From: a virus
UHGV virus genome: UHGV-0164601
Reading direction: 5' to 3' (one strand)
Length of the DNA stretch: 40,804 nucleotides
Made by a program: the position numbers and the translations under genes. Every line of letters begins with the position of its first letter. The first letter of the stretch is position 1. Positions 1 to 8,210 of the stretch are shown one piece after another. Below the pieces are notes generated by a model. The model was not told the origin of the DNA, made no database searches, and saw only the letters and a program-made list of their open reading frames with translations.

Positions 1-1251
1 GTGCTTACCGATACAAAATTAAAAAACCTCAAGCCGCAGGACAAACTGTACAAGGTCTCCGATCGTGACGGGCTGTATGTAGCTGTGCTTACGTCAGGCA
101 CGGTCTCATTTCGTTATGACTACCGTATCAACGGTCGCCGCGAAACACTGGTAATCGGGCAGTATGGGCGTGACGGTATCAGCCTGGCAGAAGCGCGGGA
201 AGAACTGATTGCTGCAAAGAAGCTGCTTAAAGCAGGCCAGTCACCGGCTGCGGCTAAACGTGACGGTATCAAAAAGATTCGTGGTGCCGAAACGTTTGCG
301 GTACATACCGACAGTTATATGAAACACGTCATCCTGGCTGAAAGTACCCGCGCAATGAAGCAGGCAGTGATCGACCGTGACATACTTCCGGTTCTTGGCA
401 ACAAAATGATGGCTGAAATTACCACATCGATGGTTCGTGATTTGTGTGACCGGATTGTCGAACGCGGTGGCCGGGCAACAGCAGTGCAGGCCAGGGAGAT
501 CATCAGCAGCGTATACCGTCACGCCAATGACCGTGGTCATGGTTTGTTTAATCCTGCGGCTGACATTAAGCCTTCGTCTATCGCCATATTTAAACCACGA
601 GAGCGAACACTGACACCAGAAGAAATTGGCCTGTTCTTCCGCACGTTGGATGCCATTGGTGCTATGGGCACTATGAAAATGGCTTTAAAACTGGTGCTTA
701 TCACTATGGTTCGTAAGGGCGAATTCACCAATGCAACGTGGGATGAAATAGATTTTAAAAAATGGACATGGACAATTCCTTCAGACCGCATGAAGGGAAG
801 CCGGGCGCATGTTATTTACCTGCCTAAACAGGCTCAGGATATATTGGTCGGGTTGCAGATGTGCGCTGGTGGAAGTGAATATCTGGTTCCTGGTCGTTAC
901 AATTTCCGGAAGCCATTATCTAATGCCGCGCTGAACTCTCTGATCGACAGAACGGTGAAAATAATAAATGAAGATGGTGAGCATATTCAGGATTTCACCG
1001 TACACGATATGCGCCGTACAGCCAGTACGTTGTTGCATGAGGCTGGTTATCCTTCAGACTGGATTGAAAAGGCTCTGGCACATGAGCAGAAAGGTGTGCG
1101 CGCCGTATATAACAAAGCGGAATACGCCAGACAGCGCGCCTACATGTTGCAGCAGTGGGCCGATATGATTGATTCCTGGATTAACGGGGAGCATACGGAT
1201 CTGATTCCGTTCTCCCCGTCGAAGTTTGAGAAGTGGATGGCGGGGGAATAA
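1..1251 (+). CDS. int: Tyrosine recombinase / phage integrase (P4/CP4-57-like); begins with GTG at window base 1, so the true N-terminus and the att site may lie just outside the window
   Basis: 416-aa ORF; N-terminal region LTDTKLKNLKP...DGLYVAVLTSGTVSFRY and C-terminal catalytic region VHDMRRTASTLLHEAGY with conserved Arg/His/Tyr typical of tyrosine integrases. Confidence 0.85.
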   Translation: MLTDTKLKNLKPQDKLYKVSDRDGLYVAVLTSGTVSFRYDYRINGRRETLVIGQYGRDGISLAEAREELIAAKKLLKAGQSPAAAKRDGIKKIRGAETFAVHTDSYMKHVILAESTRAMKQAVIDRDILPVLGNKMMAEITTSMVRDLCDRIVERGGRATAVQAREIISSVYRHANDRGHGLFNPAADIKPSSIAIFKPRERTLTPEEIGLFFRTLDAIGAMGTMKMALKLVLITMVRKGEFTNATWDEIDFKKWTWTIPSDRMKGSRAHVIYLPKQAQDILVGLQMCAGGSEYLVPGRYNFRKPLSNAALNSLIDRTVKIINEDGEHIQDFTVHDMRRTASTLLHEAGYPSDWIEKALAHEQKGVRAVYNKAEYARQRAYMLQQWADMIDSWINGEHTDLIPFSPSKFEKWMAGE

Positions 1252-1445
1252 CGTTTAATTATTCTGCTGATTTTCTTCCATCTCGGCTTCTGCTGCCAGT
1301 GATTCAATTTTATCTGTGAATATTGCTGACAGTGTTGCAAATTCAGCATCAGTGACAGCGGGAATTGGAACAAACCTGATCCCGCTGTGTGCAAGCATGT
1401 TTGCAGTTTCAAGGCATTTCCTTAAATCTGATGGTGATGCCCTGT

Positions 1446-2096
1446 TCATGCTGCACGCTCCCGCCCCTGGTTGTCTGTTGGTGACAGCGGAGCATTGCTG
1501 AATGCATTTGTTAATCTGGCAATATCCAACGCGTATCCAGGGTGTAGTTGCACTGCCGGGTCTTCGCACTGATTACCCCAAACATCGAAACCATGAGACG
1601 ACTGGCGGGCGAACAGTTCAATGCGAGAAACATCGCCTAACAATTGCACAAGTTTTTCACGAACGATATCTGGTTTTCTTGAATGCTCAAGCCGCGGTGC
1701 GGTAAATGACTGAACGATCCCTGCATTAATGCGCGTAGGTAGTTTTCCCTTTACTGCAAACAGGCAATCTTCACTATTGGCGCGAGTCATGTGACCCATA
1801 CCCATAACCAGTTTATCTGGTTGTCGACTACCACATTTTATCCACGTGAATCCCTTCATGGTCATCAGACGGAATCCCCAGGCCTCAACAACTTTTAGTG
1901 CTTCGAGTGGTTGTGTTGGCACCCACCACATGGCCAACAGACAGTTTTCATCGGCCAAATCCCACACAGGAAGGCGGCAGATATCCAGCACACTCATAAC
2001 CGGATATTTAAAACCGGCACCGCGATTACCATCTGCGGCTTTGTCCCGGTATACCCAGGGTGGATCTGCATAGATTAGTGTGTATTTCTTAGTCAT
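1446..2096 (-). CDS. MT-A70-family DNA N6-adenine methyltransferase (no cognate restriction gene seen)
   Basis: DPPW motif (LIYADPPWVY); start set at ATG 2096 (MTKKYTLIY) rather than the upstream GTG at 2108. Confidence 0.7.
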   Translation of the reverse strand: MTKKYTLIYADPPWVYRDKAADGNRGAGFKYPVMSVLDICRLPVWDLADENCLLAMWWVPTQPLEALKVVEAWGFRLMTMKGFTWIKCGSRQPDKLVMGMGHMTRANSEDCLFAVKGKLPTRINAGIVQSFTAPRLEHSRKPDIVREKLVQLLGDVSRIELFARQSSHGFDVWGNQCEDPAVQLHPGYALDIARLTNAFSNAPLSPTDNQGRERAA

Positions 2097-2340
2097 AAAC
2101 CACCCCACAACATCCTATGCCGCTATAGTCGCCACGGCGAAGGCCGTTACCTTTTGTGATACATTGGTCCCTGCGAACCGCGATCCTTGCACGCTCAACA
2201 TCACCAGAAGCAACATCCATACACTGAAGCCAAAGGTGAGCGGCAATGCGGAACTGCCCTTTTTTCTCTCTTTCAATCGCGCGTTTTTCGATCTCTATCG
2301 CCGCAGGAGTAACGGCGACAATCTTTGACGGACTGCGCAT
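2089..2340 (-). CDS. Hypothetical small protein (83 aa)
   Basis: ORF with AAGG 5 nt upstream of ATG at 2340; 8-nt overlap with the methyltransferase start; no recognisable domain. Confidence 0.3.
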   Translation of the reverse strand: MRSPSKIVAVTPAAIEIEKRAIEREKKGQFRIAAHLWLQCMDVASGDVERARIAVRRDQCITKGNGLRRGDYSGIGCCGVVYD

Positions 2341-2497
2341 TGAAACCTTGTTCATGTGATATTTTTCAAGTCGGCTTAACTTTCTCACTTAATCCAACCC
2401 TCTCTGAAAATTAATGCCAGCAGATAAAGCCATGCTGAAACAGAGGCCAGGAATAAGTACCATCCTGACCATTTGATCCAGTGCCTTAGCAGCGCAC

Positions 2498-2746
2498 TCA
2501 TGCAGCGTTGCTCACGGGACGATATACACGTTGCTGAACAGGAGGTTTTTTACCCTGGAACTCTGCCGGGCTTGCTGCCTGACGTTCATCAAGCCAACGC
2601 TCAACTTCGTCACGGTTCCATGCGCAGCGTTTGTCAGTGATATACCAGCGTTTAGGAAATTCCCCTGCGCGCTCCATACGGTCGATAGTGCTCCATGACA
2701 GTGGCACCACCGCCAGGAGTTCCTTCTTACCTAATGCACCTTTCAT
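2498..2746 (-). CDS. AlpA-family phage transcriptional regulator / excisionase-like protein
   Basis: 82-aa protein MKGALGKKELLAVVPLSWSTIDRMERAGEFPKRWYITDKRCAWNRDEVERWL, the typical AlpA/Xis-like winged-helix signature; lies in the integrase-proximal early operon. Confidence 0.7.
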   Translation of the reverse strand: MKGALGKKELLAVVPLSWSTIDRMERAGEFPKRWYITDKRCAWNRDEVERWLDERQAASPAEFQGKKPPVQQRVYRPVSNAA

Positions 2747-2795
2747 AAATACCTCTCTTGGTTGCAGTGCGGCGCGTGTGGCGCCGCGGTGGTGG

Positions 2796-3737
2796 TTACA
2801 TAGATGTTTCGTTTAATTCTTCCCGACGAACGCTGTAAACGTCGGTGGCTTTTGCCAGCAGTTCGTCATCATCTGAAAGTTTTTGTGCAATGTATTTGTA
2901 AGCCTTATCCAGTTCGGAGACAGTGCTGTAATTCATCGCTGCGCTGGTAAAGGCCATCAGCATTTCTTCTGGATCACGGCTATCCGCTTTACGCGTTTGC
3001 TCATCAGGCTTTTTCACTGGTTTAGCGTTGATCAGACTGTTCATTCCCGCAGCAGTGGTCGTTTGCGGAGTAATGTCTCGCTCAACGCGCGGTGCCGTTT
3101 CCTGTAATTCGTCTGGGGTGTAGACGCCCATGATTACGTCAGGACAGTGCAGGCGAGACCAGCGTTTTGTCGCAAGGTATGCGAGTTGTTGTTTCGGATC
3201 ACTGGCCCAAAGTGTGGAGTTTCTTACCTGTGCTTGAGACAGCATTAACTCAAGCACTCGAGGTTGATCCTCGCCCTTCATGGTTGCCCATACGCGAACA
3301 CCGCAGCCTTCTTCGTCTTTTAGAGTCCAGCCTGGTGCGATATATGGATTGCCGTTTTTGGATGTTTTCTCAACAAACTTACCGATCACGCGTTCCCACG
3401 GCCCGAACCACTCGTAGTTGATGCGATCTTTTGTTGGCGACATCGTTGAGATAACTGCGTTTACTAATTGGGCTTCATAACCTAGCGTGCCGTTCACAAC
3501 ATGGGTTTTCTGAGCCACGGCAAACGGGTTCATTCCCCACTGCGCAGCCTGCATTGCCACGGCCATGCAATCAGCTGGTTTCCCGGCGAGGTGCGCCGGT
3601 ACCGTTACGCGGCTTTGCGCCATTACCTCGGCGAATTTCATCAGTTGGTTCAAGCCGTCTGGGCTGAAAATAGTTGCAGCAGTTCCAGCGATTGCTGTGT
3701 CTACTGGTGCGTTGATGTTTGCGATGTCGTTGCTCAT
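2796..3737 (-). CDS. recT: RecT-family single-strand annealing recombinase
   Basis: RecT-like core (PADCMAVAMQAAQWGMNPF...VVNGTLGYEAQL); ATG 3737 overlaps the upstream exonuclease stop as ATGA (translational coupling). Confidence 0.8.
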   Translation of the reverse strand: MSNDIANINAPVDTAIAGTAATIFSPDGLNQLMKFAEVMAQSRVTVPAHLAGKPADCMAVAMQAAQWGMNPFAVAQKTHVVNGTLGYEAQLVNAVISTMSPTKDRINYEWFGPWERVIGKFVEKTSKNGNPYIAPGWTLKDEEGCGVRVWATMKGEDQPRVLELMLSQAQVRNSTLWASDPKQQLAYLATKRWSRLHCPDVIMGVYTPDELQETAPRVERDITPQTTTAAGMNSLINAKPVKKPDEQTRKADSRDPEEMLMAFTSAAMNYSTVSELDKAYKYIAQKLSDDDELLAKATDVYSVRREELNETSM

Positions 3738-4555
3738 ATGTACATATCCTGTTTGCGTGCCCACTCAGGGCGTTTAATGATTTCCACACCGCCCCATTCA
3801 TCATTGATGCGGCATTCGTGATAGGTATTCAGATCCCGGCGGAACAGAGCGTGCCCGGCATCGACATCCTGCGCATCCAGCTCGAACACGCGTACCGGAT
3901 ACCGACCACAATCAATGCTTTCGCTCACGGCAAGAAAGAAAAAACCATGCGGCTGACCAGTAACCCTCATTGCGCCTTCGCGGTACATTGCGTCCTGCAC
4001 GTGGTAGCGGAATTCCTCGATGTGGCGTGCAAAACGGTCCATATCTGCAACCTTTTTCACGTCGACGATCACGTTGTGCTCGTTCAGCCATTTGTCTGGA
4101 CGAATTCGGCACAACTCCCCCGTCTCTTCATCGTTCCAGTACATTGATGCTTCGCAGTAACCAGGTGCTTCCAGCATCCAGCGTGCCGCCGGGTGAGCCA
4201 TTGCGCTATCACGCATCAGCTCCAGTTTCCGCCACTGCTCGGCATCAAGTACCGTAATCCCCATATCCGCCACATCACGAAGAAATTCCTCTTCGTCAGC
4301 TTTACCTTGTTTCGTCCGACGATCGAATTTCGGTGAAACAATGAAGCGTTTGTCGAACTCTCCAGGCTCCAGAAGCAGACAGTGCAATGCGGTTCCCATA
4401 TCCAGTGCAGACTTTTTCTCTTCGTCTTCTGGTGCTGCCTGAACCCATTTAAGAAGCGCCGGATTCTTGGCAACCATGTCCAGTTGCGACTTACTCACGC
4501 CGTCACCGGCGTGGTAGTCTTCGTTGCTGATGTCGAAATAAATTCCCGGTTTCAT
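3734..4555 (-). CDS. Phage exonuclease (RecE-like PD-(D/E)XK nuclease), partner of RecT
   Basis: 273-aa ORF immediately upstream of and coupled to recT; D..VDVKK-type nuclease motif region; GAGGGA Shine-Dalgarno before ATG 4555. Confidence 0.65.
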   Translation of the reverse strand: MKPGIYFDISNEDYHAGDGVSKSQLDMVAKNPALLKWVQAAPEDEEKKSALDMGTALHCLLLEPGEFDKRFIVSPKFDRRTKQGKADEEEFLRDVADMGITVLDAEQWRKLELMRDSAMAHPAARWMLEAPGYCEASMYWNDEETGELCRIRPDKWLNEHNVIVDVKKVADMDRFARHIEEFRYHVQDAMYREGAMRVTGQPHGFFFLAVSESIDCGRYPVRVFELDAQDVDAGHALFRRDLNTYHECRINDEWGGVEIIKRPEWARKQDMYI

Positions 4556-4851
4556 GCCGCGTCCCTCTGCCCATCAAGCTGATCAGCCAGATCCCAGCGG
4601 GCGATAATTGCCATTGCCTCGCGCCGGTAGGCATCCATTAGTTCTTCGAACTCAGGGCTGTCTTTAGCGGCCTCCAGTACTTCCTGGCGAACGCCTTTAA
4701 CTGTTACAACGTCGAAAGTTGATGCCAGTTGATGAAGCCGGATACTCTCAATCAGTTCAACTTGTCGGTCATATAGCTGTTCTGACAGACGGTAGTCCTT
4801 GTCGAATGCCAGCATGATTTTTTGAAGATTTTTCTGCTGATTAACGTTCAT
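4552..4851 (-). CDS. Hypothetical early protein (99 aa)
   Basis: Start placed at internal ATG 4851, preceded by GGGAGGG; overlaps the exonuclease start by 4 nt. Confidence 0.45.
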   Translation of the reverse strand: MNVNQQKNLQKIMLAFDKDYRLSEQLYDRQVELIESIRLHQLASTFDVVTVKGVRQEVLEAAKDSPEFEELMDAYRREAMAIIARWDLADQLDGQRDAA

Positions 4852-4853
4852 TA

Positions 4854-5006
4854 TCAGCCCTCCCATATCTCGTTATCGTTGGCCACATCGCGAGCTTCTT
4901 TGCTGACGAAAGCCCACTTAATGCCTTCCTGTAAGGTGCGGAACTTCCAGCTCATGAATCCGCATGCAGTAACGCAGTACCAACCGTTGATGATTTTCCA
5001 CTGCAT
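4854..5006 (-). CDS. Hypothetical small protein (50 aa), first gene of the leftward early operon
   Basis: Not in the supplied ORF track (<60 aa); ATG 5006 preceded by GAGGT; stop TGA 4854-4856 sits 3 nt before the next gene start. Confidence 0.3.
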   Translation of the reverse strand: MQWKIINGWYCVTACGFMSWKFRTLQEGIKWAFVSKEARDVANDNEIWEG

Positions 5007-5025
5007 AACTTGTTACCTCGGTCTG

Positions 5026-5040
5026 TTACCGTTGAGGTAA
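5026..5040. promoter_or_regulatory. Operator-like palindrome TTACC-GTTGA-GGTAA overlapping the predicted start of the leftward early transcript
   Basis: Perfect 5-bp inverted half-sites with 5-bp spacer; same motif recurs at more than 10 operon starts. Confidence 0.55.
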
Positions 5041-5068
5041 TAATTATGCGTATATGGTTTGATGTCAA
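5041..5068 (-). promoter_or_regulatory. Candidate sigma70 promoter of the leftward early operon
   Basis: Perfect -35 TTGACA on the minus strand (5068..5063) with an AT-rich -10-like hexamer (CATAAT-like, about 5048..5043); bracketed by palindromes at 5026-5040 and 5088-5102. Confidence 0.45.
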
Positions 5069-5087
5069 TAGATATGAGTTAAAAAAA

Positions 5088-5102
5088 TTACCCGTTAGGT
5101 AA
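5088..5102. promoter_or_regulatory. Operator-like palindrome TTACC-CGTTA-GGTAA upstream of the early-left -35
   Basis: Perfect copy of the recurring 15-bp palindrome. Confidence 0.55.
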
Positions 5103-5112
5103 TCGAATAGGC

Positions 5113-5138
5113 AATAAAAAAGCCGCCATAAGGCGGCT
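5113..5138 (-). terminator. Rho-independent terminator after the repressor gene
   Basis: 7-bp GC stem (AGCCGCC/GGCGGCT), 4-nt loop, followed on the minus strand by TTTTTATT. Confidence 0.6.
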
Positions 5139-5159
5139 TACTTACTGAAAAATATGGTT

Positions 5160-5744
5160 TTATTGTTTGTTTTTTTCGTTCTGGTTGATGACAAATTCAA
5201 TGTAACTTTCGATCTTTGCTTTCTCGGTTTCGGGTAACAATGCGTAGCGCGAGCGATCATAGTTGATGGTCGCAGGGTCGTGCGGGTGAATCAGTAATTC
5301 ATAGCCGTGACGCCCGAATGCGGATGCAACATTCTCCAGGGTGGAAATGGAAACGCTGACCTCATTGTTTAACAGGCGGCTGATTGTCACCTGGGCGACG
5401 CCGGATGCGCGGTGAAGTTTTCCCTGTGTTGAAAGGTCGCGGCTTTCGCTCATCCAGCGTTCCAGGTTGTGAGCCGCCAGCTGGCCAATGTCGCTTGGGC
5501 CGACAGGCTGAAAACCTTCCTGAGAAAGCGAGCGATCGATATCAAGCCAGTTACGGGGTTTATTGGCGGCAGCTTCAATTTTTCGCGCAACCTGATCGCC
5601 GATAACCTTCTTACCAAGAGCCCAGCGGTTTACCAGATTTGCCTGAGTTCCAAGTTTTTCAGCCATCCGCGTCTGAACACCATTGAATTCACGGTCGATC
5701 AAGTCGTTGAGATTTTGCCTGCGGACGTCCTGGATACTTTTCAT
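5160..5744 (-). CDS. Prophage repressor, double helix-turn-helix, no LexA-like S24 peptidase domain
   Basis: N-terminal XRE-type HTH (QTRMAEKLGTQANLVNRWALGKKVIGDQVARKIE) and a second HTH-like segment (VAQVTISRLLNNEVSVSISTLENVASAFG); divergent from a Cro-like gene; no Ser-Lys autocleavage module seen. Confidence 0.65.
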   Translation of the reverse strand: MKSIQDVRRQNLNDLIDREFNGVQTRMAEKLGTQANLVNRWALGKKVIGDQVARKIEAAANKPRNWLDIDRSLSQEGFQPVGPSDIGQLAAHNLERWMSESRDLSTQGKLHRASGVAQVTISRLLNNEVSVSISTLENVASAFGRHGYELLIHPHDPATINYDRSRYALLPETEKAKIESYIEFVINQNEKNKQ

Positions 5745-5799
5745 TTTCTGGAAAATCGCCTCATATATGAATCAGTAGATGATTCAATTTAAAGCAATA

Positions 5800-5862
5800 T
5801 TACCCAACAGGTAAATGCACCTCATGGGTAACTATCCTTGATTTTTGTTACCTTATGGGTGA
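5800..5862. promoter_or_regulatory. Three tandem operator sites in the repressor/Cro-like intergenic region
   Basis: TTACC-CAACA-GGTAA (5800-5814), GCACC-TCATG-GGTAA (5817-5831), TTACC-TTATG-GGTGA (5848-5862). Confidence 0.6.
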
Positions 5863-5873
5863 ATATTTATTAT
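5845..5873 (+). promoter_or_regulatory. Candidate rightward early promoter (PR-like)
   Basis: -35 TTGTTA (5845-5850), 17-bp spacer, -10 TATTAT (5868-5873); the operator at 5848-5862 lies inside the spacer. Confidence 0.45.
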
Positions 5874-5898
5874 CTGAAATAAATATCAGGCAATAGCT

Positions 5899-6129
5899 AT
5901 GAGCGATAACGGACATTTCGATTTCAAAAAGCACTGGCTTGCACTTACTCCGGATGAGCGTGAAGCCTTCGCACAGGAAGCCGGAACGACGAGTCACTAT
6001 ATCCAGACTCACTTAACAGGTAAGCGCAAAATGCCAGGTAAAGTATTGATGAATGGGCTTTTTAAAGCCTGTAAAACAAGACAATGGCTGCGCTCAAAAG
6101 CAGAACTGGCATACTTCTTCTACTCATGA
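5899..6129 (+). CDS. Cro-like small HTH regulator
   Basis: 76-aa protein divergently transcribed from the repressor; HTH-like segment EAFAQEAGTTSHYIQTHLTGKRKMP; followed by a terminator. Confidence 0.5.
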   Translation: MSDNGHFDFKKHWLALTPDEREAFAQEAGTTSHYIQTHLTGKRKMPGKVLMNGLFKACKTRQWLRSKAELAYFFYS

Positions 6130-6150
6130 TATCCAGCTACAACCCTCTGT

Positions 6151-6174
6151 AGACCGCCATCCGGCGGTCTTTTA
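6151..6174 (+). terminator. Rho-independent terminator downstream of the Cro-like gene
   Basis: AGACCGCC-ATCC-GGCGGTCT hairpin followed by TTTT. Confidence 0.55.
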
Positions 6175-6184
6175 ATATCTATTA

Positions 6185-6199
6185 GCACCTTAAGGGTAA
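6185..6199. promoter_or_regulatory. Variant operator GCACC-TTAAG-GGTAA ahead of the replication operon
   Basis: One perfect GGTAA half-site and one GCACC half-site (same variant as 5817-5831); ATGTGGTT motif follows at 6211-6218. Confidence 0.4.
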
Positions 6200-6279
6200 T
6201 AAAAAACCAAATGTGGTTGATCTTTTTTTTGTGTCAGCACAAAATGACCGTAATCCCAATACTAATAACAGGGCTTACC

Positions 6280-6480
6280 ATGGAAATCATTACACGTATT
6301 GATGCCGCAAAGCGCGGACTTAAACGCTACTACACCGGAAAACCATGTAAGCACGGACATGACAGTGAACGCTGGGTTTACAACGGACACTGTGTTGAGT
6401 GCACCATGGAATCAAACCGTCGCATCAGGGCTGAGATTAAGCAGATCATGATTAATTCCTCCCCACAACATTCAAGCTGA
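6280..6480 (+). CDS. Hypothetical small Cys/His-rich protein (possible zinc-binding regulator)
   Basis: 66-aa frame MEIITRIDAAKRGLKRYYTGKPCKHGHDSERWVYNGHCVEC; start chosen at ATG 6280; the alternative ATG at 6211 lacks a Shine-Dalgarno. Confidence 0.35.
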   Translation: MEIITRIDAAKRGLKRYYTGKPCKHGHDSERWVYNGHCVECTMESNRRIRAEIKQIMINSSPQHSS

Positions 6481-6495
6481 TAGCGGAGATTAATC

Positions 6496-7311
6496 ATGAG
6501 CAGACATGCAACAGATTGGGCCTGGGAGACAGATCCAGGTAGCTCGTCATTAAAGCTCATACTGCTCTCGATGGCTGACAGAGCCGATGAATATAACCTC
6601 TGCTACCCCAGCATAGAACGCCTCGTTAAAGACACTTGCCTGAATAAAAAAACCGTGCAGGCCGGGCTTATATCGCTCATGAAAATGGGGCTTATTTCAG
6701 ATACCGGAGAGAGAAAGGGGGCGACGAAAAGAGTACGGGTTTTCTCTCTTAATATAACCAAAAACGGGAACATTAAAGGCAACCGGGAAGGGGGTAATGA
6801 ACCCGAAAACGGTAATGTTACCGGAAACGGGAATATACCCAAAAACGGGATGTTGAATGATCCCAAAAACGGGATGTTGAATGATCCCAAAAACGGGATC
6901 CAGAACCAGTCATATAACCAGTCATTTAACCAAGAGAGGGAGAGCAGGACAAAAAGCGGGGATTCTGTGCCTCATGACCCCGGCGCAAACAACGCCGTGA
7001 TGAATAACTTTGTTCCTCCTGGTGGGCCAGGGCAATTAGGCAAATTTGTCATGCATGAACAATGGCAGCCATCAGATGACTTTCTTCGGAAAAGCTCATT
7101 GCAGGGGATCTACCTGGACAGTCTGCCAACGGCACAGGAACTTGCAGAGTTCAGAATTTACTGGATGGCTGAGGGTAAGGCATACCATCAGGCACAGTGG
7201 GAGCAGAAGCTGGCAAGGCGGCTGCAGATTAGCAGACAGAAGCAATCAACATTACCTGATAACAACGTTCCGCACTGGAACAGCCCTGAAGCATGGGAGG
7301 ATTTCTTGTGA
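6496..7311 (+). CDS. Replication initiator, lambda O-like (winged-helix N-terminus, iteron-encoded low-complexity middle)
   Basis: N-terminal DWAWETD...LKLILLSMADRADEY...ERLVKDTCLNKKTVQAGLISLMKMGLIS; central NG-rich repeats encoded by the iteron array; followed by a P-like gene. Confidence 0.75.
   Translation: MSRHATDWAWETDPGSSSLKLILLSMADRADEYNLCYPSIERLVKDTCLNKKTVQAGLISLMKMGLISDTGERKGATKRVRVFSLNITKNGNIKGNREGGNEPENGNVTGNGNIPKNGMLNDPKNGMLNDPKNGIQNQSYNQSFNQERESRTKSGDSVPHDPGANNAVMNNFVPPGGPGQLGKFVMHEQWQPSDDFLRKSSLQGIYLDSLPTAQELAEFRIYWMAEGKAYHQAQWEQKLARRLQISRQKQSTLPDNNVPHWNSPEAWEDFL
6758..6900. repeat. Iteron array (candidate origin of replication) inside the O-like gene
   Basis: AAAACGGGA-type repeats at about 6758, 6801, 6821; two perfect 24-bp direct repeats CCCAAAAACGGGATGTTGAATGAT at 6838-6861 and 6862-6885; partial third copy 6886-6900. 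Confidence 0.6.
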
Positions 7312-8093
7312 ACAACGTTTTTACCGCGATACAAAACCGTGACGGAGAAGCCCTTTCTCGCATGTCAGGTTATGAGCATCAGTACGTCAACAATGACAAT
7401 GTGGTGAACATGTCAGCAGAGAGGCTTGTTGATGCTCTTTTCAAACAGCTGAAACAGCTGTTTCCGGCGGCAGTGGTAACCAACCTGAAGACGCCAGAGC
7501 AGGAAGTTGCTGCAAAACAGCAGTGGATTGCTGCGTTTGCCGAAGGTGGGATCCGAACCCGTGAACAGGTTTCTGCTGGTATGCGCCACGCCCGCGCCAG
7601 TGAATCTCCGTTCTGGCCGTCGCCAGGGCAATTTATCAAGTGGTGCAAAGACAGCAAGATGGTTCTTGGCGTCACCATTGACGATGTGATGGCGGAGTTT
7701 CACCGGTACAGCAAGGAAAAAAGTTTATATCCTGGTGGTCCCGAAAGATTCCCGTGGCGACATCCGGTTATGTACTGGGTCGTATGTGATACCCGCCGTG
7801 CAATGTATCAGCGCCAGCTTAGCGAGATTGAGGTTGAGAAACACGCGCGCAGGCTGCTCGATGATTGGGCGAAAAAGGTGGCTTCCGGACAGCAGATACC
7901 CGATCCGGTGATCAGCATACAGGCAAAGCCAGAACCCATGAGTACGCCTCCGGACACAGGGAGAGACGTTTACCATCCACCAGGGCGAAGTTTCGGGTGT
8001 ATGCCTAACGCCGCCACCCTGGGGGGAATAACACCGGCGCAGTGGCTGATGGAGGAATACAGGCGGGGAAAGGCGGCAGGATTTATCAAGTAA
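7308..8093 (+). CDS. Replication protein P-like (helicase loader)
   Basis: Segment QQWIAAFAEGGIRTREQVSAGMRHARASESPFWPSPGQFIKWC matches the conserved core of lambda P; start set at GTG 7308 (GGGAGG 7 nt upstream, GTGA overlap with O stop); ATG 7293 is the alternative. Confidence 0.75.
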   Translation: MNNVFTAIQNRDGEALSRMSGYEHQYVNNDNVVNMSAERLVDALFKQLKQLFPAAVVTNLKTPEQEVAAKQQWIAAFAEGGIRTREQVSAGMRHARASESPFWPSPGQFIKWCKDSKMVLGVTIDDVMAEFHRYSKEKSLYPGGPERFPWRHPVMYWVVCDTRRAMYQRQLSEIEVEKHARRLLDDWAKKVASGQQIPDPVISIQAKPEPMSTPPDTGRDVYHPPGRSFGCMPNAATLGGITPAQWLMEEYRRGKAAGFIK

Positions 8094-8098
8094 TACCA

Positions 8099-8118
8099 GC
8101 GCGATAGCGCATTTTTTT
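8099..8118 (+). terminator. Weak terminator-like hairpin plus T7 run after the P-like gene
   Basis: Short GCGC/GCGC stem followed by TTTTTTT. Confidence 0.3.
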
Positions 8119-8130
8119 ACGCCCACATGA

Positions 8131-8145
8131 TTACCTGATGGGTAA
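8131..8145. promoter_or_regulatory. Operator-like palindrome TTACC-TGATG-GGTAA
   Basis: Perfect copy; 34 bp upstream of the ATGTGGTT motif at 8180-8187. Confidence 0.5.
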
Positions 8146-8192
8146 TAAAATATTCTAGTATCTATTAATTTCATGTCTTATGTGGTTTTTAA

Positions 8193-8207
8193 TTACCTAA
8201 GGGGTAA
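8193..8207. promoter_or_regulatory. Operator-like palindrome TTACC-TAAGG-GGTAA overlapping the ribosome-binding site of the next gene
   Basis: Perfect copy ending 3 nt before ATG 8211; the AAGGGG centre doubles as the Shine-Dalgarno. Confidence 0.5.
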
Positions 8208-8210
8208 ATC

